Origin: Squalus acanthias
Taxonomy: Eukaryota
DNA length: 64,000 nucleotides
Direction of reading: 5' to 3'
Assembly: GCA_030390025.1 (NCBI GenBank)
Contig: CM059432.1
Location: 33,668,001 to 33,732,000 of the forward strand
The position numbers and the translations under genes are program-made. A model generated the notes under the pieces. That model worked only from the letters and a program-made list of their open reading frames with translations. It was not told where the DNA came from and ran no database searches. Below, piece by piece: positions 12,283 through 23,412 of the stretch (position 1 is its first letter; each line of letters opens with the position of its first letter).

Positions 12283-12476
12283 ATTCTCTTTGCCAGAAAA
12301 GTAATGAGGTACAGCAACTAAAGTAGCAACAAAGTTAGGATGAATAGGCAAAACTACCTCACAAAGCGTTGAGTCAATGTAGAAGTCTCTCTCTCTCTCT
12401 CTCCGAATCTCTCTCTCTCTCTCAGAACGAGTGGTGCATAAATGTCGACCACAGAAAAAGACAGGAAGAGGCCCCC

Positions 12477-12621
12477 TTTAAATAGCGCCCCCCCCAGCCC
12501 CACACCGATTGATAACGTTCCAGTCTTCCGGTCGTTGGAAGCGCCAGGCGGTAAGGCAGGGGGCGCCACTCAATTTCCGCTCCGGGGCGCCCCAAGGGCG
12601 TTGCACCATGGAATGACGTCA
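12477..12621 (-). promoter_or_regulatory. Putative transposase promoter: TATTTAAA box and palindromic CRE (TGACGTCA)
   Basis: TTTAAATA at 12477-12484 lies ~200 bp upstream of the ATG, and TGACGTCA is at 12614-12621. The same pair is kept in N1, N2 and the 43409-44181 MITE. Confidence 0.5.
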
Positions 12622-15054
12622 CAATCTGCGCGCGCAGGTGGTCGCAGCGGTAAGTTTTAGCGCCGCCGCACAATCTCAAGTTAAGTTCTCGAGCGGCGCA
12701 AACAGCGCTGCGCCCGGGCGTTAGCGGCTTAACGCCCCATTAGCGCCCTCTTAAGGCGCTAATGGGAGGCGCAACCAAGTGAATTTTTACCCCTGTGTCT
12801 CTGGACTATAGGAGGCTGTGACTCTGGACTATATGAGGCTGTGTTTCTGGACTGAATGTGTCTGTGTCTCTGGACTGTATGTGGCTGTGTCTCTGGACTG
12901 CATGAGGTTGTGTATCTGGACTGGATGAGGCTGTGTCTCTGGACTGAATGAGGCTGTGTCTCTGGATTGTATGAGGCTGTGGCTTTGGACTGTATGAGGC
13001 TGTGTCTCTGGACTGTATGAGGTTGTGTCTCTGGATTGTATGAGGCTGTGGCTTTGGACTGTATGAGGCTGTGACTCTGGACTGTATGAGGCTGTGTCTC
13101 TGGACTGGATGACGCTGTGACTCTGGACTGTATGAGGCTGTTTCCCTGGACTGTATGAGGCTGTTTCCCTGGACTGTATGAGGCTGTTTCCCTGGACTGT
13201 ATGAGGCTGTTTCCCTGGACTGTATGAGGCTGTGTCTCTGGACTGTATGAGGCTGTGTCTCTGGACTGTATGAGGCTGTTTCCCTGGAAAATATGACACT
13301 GTGTCTCTGGACTGTATGAGGCTGTGTCTCTGGACTGGATGAGGCTGTGTCTCTGGACTGCATGAGGTTGTGTCTCTGGACTGGATGAGGCTGTGTCTCT
13401 GGAATGAATGAGGTTGTGTCTCTGGACTGTATGAGGCTGTGTCTCTGGACTGTATGAGGCTGTTTCCCTGGAAAATATGACACTGTGTCCCTGGACTGTA
13501 TGAGGCTGTGTCTTTGGACTGCATGAGGCTGTGTCTCTGGACTGTATGAGGCTGTGTCTCTGGACTGTATGCGGCTGTGTCTCTGGACTGGATGACGCTT
13601 TGACTCTGGACTGTATGAGGCTGTTTCCCTGGACTGTATGAGGCTGTTTCCCTGGACTGTATGAGGCTGTTTCCCTGGACTGTATGAGGCTGTTTCCCTG
13701 GAAAATATGACACTGTGTCTCTGGACTGGATGAGGCTGTTTCCCTGGACTGTATGAGGCTGTGCCCCTGGAAAATATGACACTGTGTCTCTGGAATGTAT
13801 GAGGCTGTGTCTCTCGACTTTAGGAGGCTGTGTCACTGGAGTATGTGAGGCTGTGTCTCTCGACTGAATGATGCTGTGTCTCTAGACTGTATGAGGCTGT
13901 TTCCCTGGACTGTATGAGGCTGTTTCCCTGGACTTTATGAGGCTGTGCCCCTGGAATGTATGAGGCTGTGTCTCTGGACTGTATGAGGCTGTGTCTCTGG
14001 ACTGTATGAGGCTGTTTCCCTGGACTGTATGAGGCTGTTTCCCTGGACTGTATGAGGCTGTTCCCTGGAATGTATGAGGCTGTGACTCTGGTCTGTATGA
14101 GGTTGTGTCCTTGGACTGTATGAGGCTGTGTTTCTGGACTGTATGAGACTGTGTCCCTGAACTGTACGAGGCTGTGTCTCTGGACTGTATTAGGCTGTGT
14201 CTCTGGACTGTATGAGGCTGTGACTCTGGACTGTATGAGGCTGTTTCCCTGGACTGTATGAGGCTGTGCCCATGGACTGTATGAGGCTGTTTCCCTGGAC
14301 TGTATGAGGCTGTATCCCTGGACTGTATGAGGCTGTTTCCCTGGACTGTATGAGGCTGTGCCCCTGGAAAATATGACACTGTGTATCTGGACTGTATGAG
14401 GCTGTGTATCTGGACTGTTTGAGGCTGTGTATCTGGACTGTATGAGTCTGTGTCTCTGGACTGTATGAGGCTCTGTCTCTGGACTATATGAGGCTGTGTC
14501 CCTGGATTGTATGAGGCTGTGTCCCTGGACTGTATGAGGCTGTGTCCCTGGACTGTATGAGGCTGTGTCCCTGGACTGTATGAGGCTGTGTCTCTTGACT
14601 GTATGAGGCTGGGTCTCTGGACTGTATGAGTCTGTGTCTCTGGACTGTATGAGGCTGTGTCTCTGGACTGTATGAGTCTGTGTCTCTGGACTCTATGGGG
14701 TAGAAATTAGGTCGCGCCCCATTTGGGGCGCAAATATCGTTCGAGCGCAAATATTAGCGCCTGGCACTAATTATCGGCACTGACAGGAAACTTCACTTTT
14801 ACCGCCCCGGGAGGTGAGTGGAGCGCTAAATTAGACGCTGCACACCTCTCTTAAGGCGCAAAGGCCAAGGAGTGAGGCGCTAACTCAGCGCACGAGCGCA
14901 GCGCAGCTGCTGCCAGTTAGCGAGGGAACACAGACACACTGGCGCCGGACACTTCTTAAAGCGGGGGGGGGCCACTTGCTCCCCAGCCACACCCTGCTCA
15001 TTGCAGCCTTGAATCTCAGCCTGGAGAGACCTGTAATCCATTTTGCTGCCAAGC

Positions 15055-16868
15055 ATGGAGAGGGTGAGAGAACGCGCTCATCGCTTCACCGAGCGGGCCT
15101 TGGATGCTCTGGTTGACGCAGTGGAGCGCAGACGATGCATGCTGTTCCCGGAGAGTGGCAGGAGGCCTTTGCCACGCGAGTTCAGAAGAGTGTGGAGGGA
15201 GGTGGCTCAGAGCGTCTCCTCCAGGAGCATGGTGCCCAGGACCCATGTTCAGTGCCGCAAAAAGTTCAACGACCTCACTCGGGTCGTCAGGGTGAGTGGC
15301 TTTTTCTCAATACCTCTCCATCCCTCCATCTCAACCTCACTCTATGGCCAGAGGGTCTTAAAACCCCAATGCACAACACTCATCCAACACCTATGGCCCT
15401 TTCATCAAACACACACACACATTCCACACTTTGCATACAGTAAGGGCTATTCACCTATGGGAGGCACATCAGGCAAGACCATGGCTGCATATTGTAAGGG
15501 CTATTCACCTATGGGAGGCACATCAGGCAAGACCATGGCTGTATATTTACTCAGATGCTGTCCTTTTTCTTGCAGGCTCATAATCGGAGACAGCAGCAAC
15601 GGACGGGTGGAGGGCGGCTTCAGCTGCAACCCCTCAGCGATCTGGAGGAGCGCGTCCACAGGATTGTGGCAAGCCGGGTGATCGGTCCCGTCGCCACTGG
15701 GGACGCCGACCCCGTTGTGGACAGCAATGGTAAGGTCATCACCTTTTTGTCCTCTGTCCTTCCACTTGTCCCTCACAATACCAGCCTTTGACACTTTCAA
15801 TCCAACTTGCTAACTCGCTGCACTTATTCCTCCCTTACTGCCACCCTGTCCTCACGCTAAAGCCACTCTTGTACCTCCCTGCTTTCAGATGGTGATTCAC
15901 CAGCTGAGGAGACGGGCCCTGAAGCTGCCACTGGGAGTGATGCTGCAGCTGAGGAGGAAGAGGAAGCCGGAGCATCAGTGCCACCCTCTCCCGAGGAAGC
16001 CCATGGCCACACTGGGAACACGCCTTCCCCGGAGGGGAGCAGGGGGGAAGGGGCTGATGATGGTGAAGCTCCAGGACCCAGCGGGCTGCAGCAACGCCAT
16101 GGGGGGGGGAGGGAAGAACGGGAGCCTTCTCCCCAGAGGGAGAGTATGCCAGACACTCCTACTGCAATGGACGCAGAGGAGGAGCGGCTGATTGCAGAAA
16201 TGAACAGCCAGGCGGTGGGCATGCACACTGAGCTCATGGGTGCAGTGGGAAGGGTGCCCGAATGCATTGAGGCACTGGCAAGGAGTGTGGAGCACTTCGC
16301 TGTAGCACAGGCGGATGCCACACTAAAGCTTAGTGCTGCAATTCAGTCACTGGCTGCCAGGAACCCATCTGAGACTGCTCTCATGCAGACTCAGATTGAG
16401 GCCACGCGAGCACTGACTGCTGCCATCCTCGATGGTTCGTGCACATGTCCCCGGGGCTGTCACCGCGCCGCAGCAGGCCAGCAATCTGTTCTCCGGCAAA
16501 TTGCTCCGGATGCTGAAGTGCTGCCCCGTGGGAGTGCCAGTGTGTCGGGCGAGCAGGGAGTTGCTGTCCTCTCTCACGATGACAGCATTCCTGCTGCCAA
16601 CACTGTCACTTCTCCACTGCACTTGCCACCGCCTGTAGGACAGACTGCTGCCGCCCATGCAGAGTTGGTGCAGTCTGCAGCCGGGCCCTCCAGGCCCAGA
16701 AGTGGTCGAGGCCGTCCTTCAGGGGCATCTGCAGTGTCAGGGTCTGACGAGCAGCAGCCTTCCACCAGCCTTGCTGCAGCCACTGAGGTCCCATTACGGA
16801 GGAGCAGTAGGGTTAGAAGGGGGGAAGTGCGCAAGGGAAGGAGATCACCCTCGAAGGGCAAAAAGTAG
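15055..16868 (+). CDS. Myb/SANT-like protein of copy A2, exons 15055-15291, 15576-15729, 15889-16868 (predicted 456 aa)
   Basis: Same splice sites as A1, with a 9-bp in-frame deletion at the start of exon 2. Confidence 0.82.
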
Positions 16869-17162
16869 GAGGTGTGCCAAAATGCTGGTCATTTTTTTAT
16901 TAAAGGCCGAGGTTCATGGTCCAACTTTTGTTTAGTGTTTTGGACATTATCTCCAGGTTGTGAGAACCAGTTATGTTATTGACTGTTTTTTTGTGTTTAT
17001 TTCTATGAGTTTGTCATGAGGAATTGACACACACAGAGTTTGTAAAATAAATAAGTTTCTGTATTCAAAATATACATGGCTGGTGGTTGGAATTATTGGT
17101 GCCTTGGCCGGCTTAGGGGTTGCGTGCTGGGTTGATTAGTGTTTGTAGCAATGGCAGGGGCC

Positions 17163-18325
17163 CTAGAAGCGGCTTGCTATTAGTCGTTGACGGACGGCCC
17201 TTGCAGTTTGACCATTGTGGGCCGCCCTCCTGCCTTGGTGCTGCTGATGATCATCGTCCTCGTCCTCTTCCTCCTCTTCCTCCTCCTCCTCTGGTGGTGC
17301 TACAAGGCCTGGTGGCATTGGCTGGGTCCTGAGGATTGCCATGTTGTGCAACATGCAGCACACGACTACGAAGTTCGAAACTTGCTCAGGCGAGTACTGC
17401 AGGGGCTCCTCCGGAATGGTCCAGACAGCGGAACCGTTGTTTCAGCACGCCGATTGTGCGCTCAATAATGTTCCTGGTTGCTTGATGGCTTTCATTGTAC
17501 CGCAGCTCAGCAGGGGTGTTTGGCGTACGGAGCGGTGTCATTAGCCAGGTGCTCAATGCGTACCCCTTGTCCCCCAGAAGCCAACCAACTGGCTGATGCG
17601 GTGCCTCGAAAACCTCTGCCACAGTAGTCTGGCGCAGGATGAAAGCATCGTGGCAGCTGCCCGGATAGTGGGCATTGACAGCGAGTATCACCTGTCTGTG
17701 GTCACAGACCAACTGCACATTCAAGGAATGGAACCCCTTTCTGTTCCTGAATTCCTCTGCATTCTCTCGCGGAGCACGCAAAGCCACATGCGTGCAGTCA
17801 ATGGCGCCCTGCACCATGGGGAAGCCCGCTACCCTCGCAAAGCCCAGAGCACGGTCACGCTGCTTGTCTGGGGTCATAGGGAAAGAGATGAAGTCTCGTC
17901 TCCTTCTGAAGAGGGCATTGGTGACCTGCCGGATGCAGCGATGCACCGCAAACTGGGAGATATTGGCGAGGTCCCCAACAGCAGCTTGGAATGAGCCAGT
18001 GGCGTAGAAGTTCAAAGCCACTGTGACCTTCACTGCCACCGACAGAGACGTCCTGGACCTCAGCTGAGGCTGCAGATCTGGCTGCAGCAGGTGGCAGAGC
18101 TCAGTGACCACCTCCTTGCTGAATCGCAGCCTTCGCAAACACAGCTCCTCGGACATATGGATGTAGGAGAGCTGTTCACGATATACCCTGGGAGGGTAAG
18201 CTCTCCTGTACATGCGCCTGATGGCCCTCCTCCGTCTGGCCATCATTGCCACTCTCTGTCTGCGTCTCAGCTATCCTCCGATTGAGCTGGAGCAGGACGA
18301 CGCCCCCAATCATTGCAGCCCCCAT
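17163..18325 (-). pseudogene. Harbinger transposase of copy A2 with two +1 frameshifts (~17401 and ~18270)
   Basis: Split into ORFs 17386-18252 and 17163-17363, otherwise nearly identical to A1/A3. The frameshifts may be consensus errors. Confidence 0.8.
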
Positions 18326-20133
18326 ATTCTCTTTGCCAGAAAAGTAATGAGGTACAGCAACTAAAGTAGCAACAAAGTTAGGATGAACTAGGCAAAACTA
18401 CCTCACAAAGCGTTGAGTCAATGTAGAAGTCTCTCTCTCTCTCTCTCCGAATCTCTCTCTCTCTCTCAGAACGAGTGGTGCATAAATGTCGACCACAGAA
18501 AAAGACAGGAAGAGGCCCCCTTTAAATAGCGCCCCCCCCAGCCCCACACCGATTGATAACGTTCCAGTCTTCCGGTCGTTGGAAGCGCCAGGCGGTAAGG
18601 CAGGGGGCGCCACTCAATTTCCGCTCCGGGGCGCCCCAAGGGCGTTGCACCATGGAATGACGTCACAATCTGCGCGCGCAGGTGGTCGCAGCGGTAAGTT
18701 TTAGCGCCGCCGCACAATCTCAAGTTAAGTTCTCGAGCGGCGCAAACAGCGCTGCGCCCGGGCGTTAGCGGCTTAACGCCCCATTAGCGCCCTCTTAAGG
18801 CGCTAATGGGAGGCGCAACCAAGTGAATTTTTACCCCTGTGTCTCTGGACTATAGGAGGCTGTGACTCTGGACTATATGAGGCTGTGTTTCTGGACTGAA
18901 TGTGTCTGTGTCTCTGGACTGTATGTGGCTGTGTCTCTGGACTGCATGAGGTTGTGTATCTGGACTGGATGAGGCTGTGTCTCTGGACTGAATGAGGCTG
19001 TGTCTCTGGATTGTATGAGGCTGTGGCTTTGGACTGTATGAGTCTGTGTCTCTGGACTGTATGAGGTTGTGTCTCTGGATTGTATGAGGCTGTGGCTTTG
19101 GACTGTATGAGGCTGTGTCTCTGGACTGTATGAGGCTGTGTCTCTGGACTGTATGAGGCTGTGTCTCTGGACTGTATGAGGCTGTGTCTCTGGACTGTAT
19201 GAGGCTGTGACTCTGGACTGTATGAGACTGTGTCCCTGAACTGTACGAGGCTGTGTCTCTGGACTGTATTAGGCTGTGTCTCTGGACTGTATGAGGCTGT
19301 GACTCTGGACTGTATGAGGCTGTTTCCCTGGACTGTATGAGGCTGTGCCCATGGACTGTATGAGGCTGTTTCCCTGGACTGTATGAGGCTGTATCCCTGG
19401 ACTGTATGAGGCTGTTTCCCTGGACTGTATGAGGCTGTGTCCCTGGAAAATATGACTCTGTGTATCTGGACTGTATGAGGCTGTGTATCTGGACTGTTTG
19501 AGGCTGTGTATCTGGACTGTATGAGTCTGTGTCTCTAGACTGTATGAGGCTCTGTCTCTGGACTATATGCGGCTGTGTCCCTGGATTGTATGAGGCTGTG
19601 TCCCTGGACTGTATGAGGCTGTGTCCCTGGACTGTATGAGGCTGTGTCCCTGGACTGTATGAGGCTGTGTCTCTTGACTGTATGAGGCTGGGTCTCTGGA
19701 CTGTATGAGTCTGTGTCTCTGGACTGTATGAGGCTGTGTCTCTGGACTGTATGAGTCTGTGTCTCTGGACTCTATGGGGTAGAAATTAGGTCGCGCCCCA
19801 TTTGGGGCGCAAATATCGTTCGAGCGCAAATATTAGCGCCTGGCACTAATTATCGGCACTGACAGGAAACTTCACTTTTACCGCCCCGGGAGGTGAGTGG
19901 AGCGCTAAATTAGACGCTGCACACCTCTCTTAAGGCGCAAAGGCCAAGGAGTGAGGCGCTAACTCAGCGCACGAGCGCAGCGCAGCTGCTGCCAGTTAGC
20001 GAGGGAACACAGACACACTGGCGCCGGACACTTCTTAAAGCGGGGGGGGGCCACTTGCTCCCCAGCCACACCCTGCTCATTGCAGCCTTGAATCTCAGCC
20101 TGGAGAGACCTGTAATCCATTTTGCTGCCAAGC

Positions 20134-21957
20134 ATGGAGAGGGTGAGAGAACGCGCTCATCGCTTCACCGAGCGGGCCTTGGATGCTCTGGTTGACGCAG
20201 TGGAGCGCAGACGATGCATGCTGTTCCCGGAGAGTGGCAGGAGGCCTTTGCCACGCGAGTTCAGAAGAGTGTGGAGGGAGGTGGCTCAGAGCGTCTCCTC
20301 CAGGAGCATGGTGCCCAGGACCCATGTTCAGTGCCGCAAAAAGTTCAACGACCTCACTCGGGTCGTCAGGGTGAGTGGCTTTTTCTCAATACCTCTCCAT
20401 CCCTCCATCTCAACCTCACTCTATGGCCAGAGGGTCTTAAAACCCCAATGCACAACACTCATCCAACACCTATGGCCCTTTCATCAAACACACACACACA
20501 TTCCACACGTTGCATACAGTAAGGGCTATTCACCTATGGGAGGCACATCAGGCAAGACCATGGCTGCATATTGTAAGGGCTATTCACCTATGGGAGGCAC
20601 ATCAGGCAAGACCATGGCTGTATATTTACTCAGATGCTGTCCTTTTTCTTGCAGGCTAAGCTGGCTCATAATCGGAGACAGCAGCAACGGACGGGTGGAG
20701 GGCGGCTTCAGCTGCAACCCCTCAGCGATCTGGAGGAGCGCGTCCACAGGATTGTGGCAAGCCGGGTGATCGGTCCCGTCGCCACTGGGGACGCCGACCC
20801 CGTTGTGGACAGCAATGGTAAGGTCATCACCTTTTTGTCCTCTGTCCTTCCACTTGTCCCTCACAATACCAGCCTTTGACACTTTCAATCCAACTTGCTA
20901 ACTCGCTGCACTTATTCCTCCCTTACTGCCACCCTGTCCTCACGCTAAAGCCACTCTTGTACCTCCCTGCTTTCAGATGGTGATTCACCAGCTGAGGAGA
21001 CGGGCCCTGAAGCTGCCACTGGGAGTGATGCTGCAGCTGAGGAGGAAGAGGAAGCCGGAGCATCAGTGCCACCCTCTCCCGAGGAAGCCCATGGCCACAC
21101 TGGGAACACGCCTTCCCCGGAGGGGAGCAGGGGGGAAGGGGCTGATGATGGTGAAGCTCCAGGACCCAGCGGGCTGCAGCAACGCCATGGGGGGGGGGAG
21201 GGAAGAACGGGAGCCTTCTCCCCAGAGGGAGAGTATGCCAGACACTCCTACTGCAATGGACGCAGAGGAGGAGCGGCTGATTGCAGAAATGAACAGCCAG
21301 GCGGTGGGCATGCACACTGAGCTCATGGGTGCAGTGGGAAGGGTGCCCGAATGCATTGAGGCACTGGCAAGGAGTGTGGAGCACTTCGCTGTAGCACAGG
21401 CGGATGCCACACTAAAGCTTAGTGCTGCAATTCAGTCACTGGCTGCCAGGAACCCATCTGAGACTGCTCTCATGCAGACTCAGATTGAGGCCACGCGAGC
21501 ACTGACTGCTGCCATCCTCGATGGTTCGTGCACATGTCCCCGGGGCTGTCACCGCGCCGCAGCAGGCCAGCAATCTGTTCTCCGGCAAATTGCTCCGGAT
21601 GCTGAAGTGCTGCCCCGTGGGAGTGCCAGTGTGTCGGGCGAGCAGGGAGTTGCTGTCCTCTCTCACGATGACAGCAGTCCTGCTGCCAACACTGTCACTT
21701 CTCCACTGCACTTGCCACCGCCTGTAGGACAGACTGCTGCCGCCCATGCAGAGTTGGTGCAGTCTGCAGCCGGGCCCTCCAGGCCCAGAAGTGGTCGAGG
21801 CCGTCCTTCAGGGGCATCTGCAGTGTCAGGGTCTGACGAGCAGCAGCCTTCCACCAGCCTTGCTGCAGCCACTGAGGTCCCATTACGGAGGAGCAGTAGG
21901 GTTAGAAGGGGGGAAGTGCGCAAGGGAAGGAGATCACCCTCGAAGGGCAAAAAGTAG
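20134..21957 (+). pseudogene. Myb/SANT-like gene of copy A3 (exons 20134-20370, 20655-20817, 20977-21957) with a +1 G in a homopolymer at 21189-21198
   Basis: G10 here versus G9 in A2 shifts the exon-3 frame. This could be a sequencing homopolymer error. Confidence 0.7.
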
Positions 21958-22251
21958 GAGGTGTGCCAAAATGCTGGTCATTTTTTTATTAAAGGCCGAG
22001 GTTCATGGTCCAACTTTTGTTTAGTGTTTTGGACATTATCTCCAGGTTGTGAGAACCAGTTATGTTATTGACTGTTTTTTTGTGTTTATTTCTATGAGTT
22101 TGTCATGAGGAATTGACACACACAGAGTTTGTAAAATAAATAAGTTTCTGTATTCAAAATATACATGGCTGGTGGTTGGAATTATTGGTGCCTTGGCCGG
22201 CTTAGGGGTTGCGTGCTGGGTTGATTAGTGTTTGTAGCAATGGCAGGGGCC

Positions 22252-23412
22252 CTAGAAGCGGCTTGCTATTAGTCGTTGACGGACGGCCCTTGCAGTTTGA
22301 CCATTGTGGGCCGCCCTCCTGCCTTGGTGCTGCTGATGATCATCGTCCTCGTCCTCTTCCTCCTCTTCCTCCTCCTCCTCTGGTGGTGCTACAAGGCCTG
22401 GTGGCATTGGCTGGGTCCTGAGGATTGCCATGTTGTGCAACATGCAGCACACGACTACGAAGTTCGAAACTTGCTCAGGCGAGTACTGCAGGGCTCCTCC
22501 GGAATGGTCCAGACAGCGGAACCGTTGTTTCAGCACGCCGATTGTGCGCTCAATAATGTTCCTGGTTGCTTGATGGCTTTCCTGGTACCGCAGCTCAGCA
22601 GGGGTGTTTGGCGTACGGAGCGGTGTCATCAGCCAGGTGCTCAATGCGTACCCCTTGTCCCCCAGAAGCCAACCAACTGGCTGATGCGGTGCCTCGAAAA
22701 GTTCTGCCACAGTAGTCTGGCGCAGGATGAAAGCATCGTGGCAGCTGCCCGGATAGTGGGCATTGACAGCGAGAATCACCTGTCTGTGGTCACAGACCAA
22801 CTGTACATTCAAGGAATGGAACCCCTTTCTGTTCCTGAATTCCTCTGCATTCTCTCGCGGAGCACGCAAAGCCACATGCGTGCAGTCAATGGCGCCCTGC
22901 ACCATGGGGAAGCCCGCTACCCTCGCAAAGCCCATAGCACGGTCATGCTGCTTGTCTGGGGTCATAGGGAAAGAGATGAAGTCTCGTCTCCTTCTGAAGA
23001 GGGCATTGGTGACCTGCCGGATGCAGCGATGCACCGCAAACTGGGAGATATTGGCGAGGTCCCCAACAGCAGCTTGGAATGAGCCAGTGGCGTAGAAGTT
23101 CAAAGCCACTGTGACCTTCACTGCCACCGACAGAGACGTCCTGGACCTCAGCTGAGGCTGCAGATCTGGCTGCAGCAGGTGGTAGAGCTCAGTGACCACC
23201 TCCTTGCTGAATCGCAGCCTTCGCAAACACAGCTCCTCGGACATATGGATGTAGGAGAGCTGTTCACGATATACCCTGGGAGGGTAAGCTCTCCTGTACA
23301 TGCGCCTGATGGCCCTCCTCCGTCTGGCCATCATTGCCACTCTCTGTCTGCGTCTCACTATCCTCCGATTCAGCTGGAGCAGGACGACGCCCCCAATCAT
23401 TGCAGCCCCCAT
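22252..23412 (-). CDS. Harbinger (HARBI1-like) DDE transposase, 386 aa, intact
   Basis: Full ORF with GAIDCTH / HDA / LLGDKGY / IERTIG catalytic motifs. Confidence 0.96.
   Translation of the reverse strand: MGAAMIGGVVLLQLNRRIVRRRQRVAMMARRRRAIRRMYRRAYPPRVYREQLSYIHMSEELCLRRLRFSKEVVTELYHLLQPDLQPQLRSRTSLSVAVKVTVALNFYATGSFQAAVGDLANISQFAVHRCIRQVTNALFRRRRDFISFPMTPDKQHDRAMGFARVAGFPMVQGAIDCTHVALRAPRENAEEFRNRKGFHSLNVQLVCDHRQVILAVNAHYPGSCHDAFILRQTTVAELFEAPHQPVGWLLGDKGYALSTWLMTPLRTPNTPAELRYQESHQATRNIIERTIGVLKQRFRCLDHSGGALQYSPEQVSNFVVVCCMLHNMAILRTQPMPPGLVAPPEEEEEEEEEDEDDDHQQHQGRRAAHNGQTARAVRQRLIASRF

Larger units (their letters stand above)
8594..12793 (-). mobile_element. Autonomous-type PIF/Harbinger transposon, copy A1 (4200 bp), opposite orientation to N1/N2
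   Basis: Ends GTGGTAGAAATT (one G>T change) and AATTTTTACCCC. TGT TSD at 8591-8593 and 12794-12796. Carries intact transposase and Myb/SANT-like genes. Confidence 0.96.
14697..18837 (-). mobile_element. Autonomous-type Harbinger copy A2 (4141 bp), chimeric between A3 (left) and A1 (right)
   Basis: Perfect TIRs but discordant flanks: TAT on the left, TGT on the right. The left flank and left-half variants match A3. The right flank and most right-half variants match A1. Confidence 0.9.

Noticed and set aside
11122..12351. Calling the transposase the host gene HARBI1, or using the 409-aa start
   Set aside because: It is flanked by TIRs/TSDs and multicopy, so it is a transposon gene. The N-terminal extension depends on a 1-bp indel absent from A2/A3.
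1162..14750. Long minus-strand ORFs of repeated QSRDTASYSPETQPHTVQRHSLI
   Set aside because: These are translations of the 23-bp satellite (3 monomers = 23 codons). The same peptide appears in all three frames, and there is no gene context.
22276..23082. 268-aa antisense ORF over the transposase
   Set aside because: Shadow frame, broken by a stop in copies A1 and A2.
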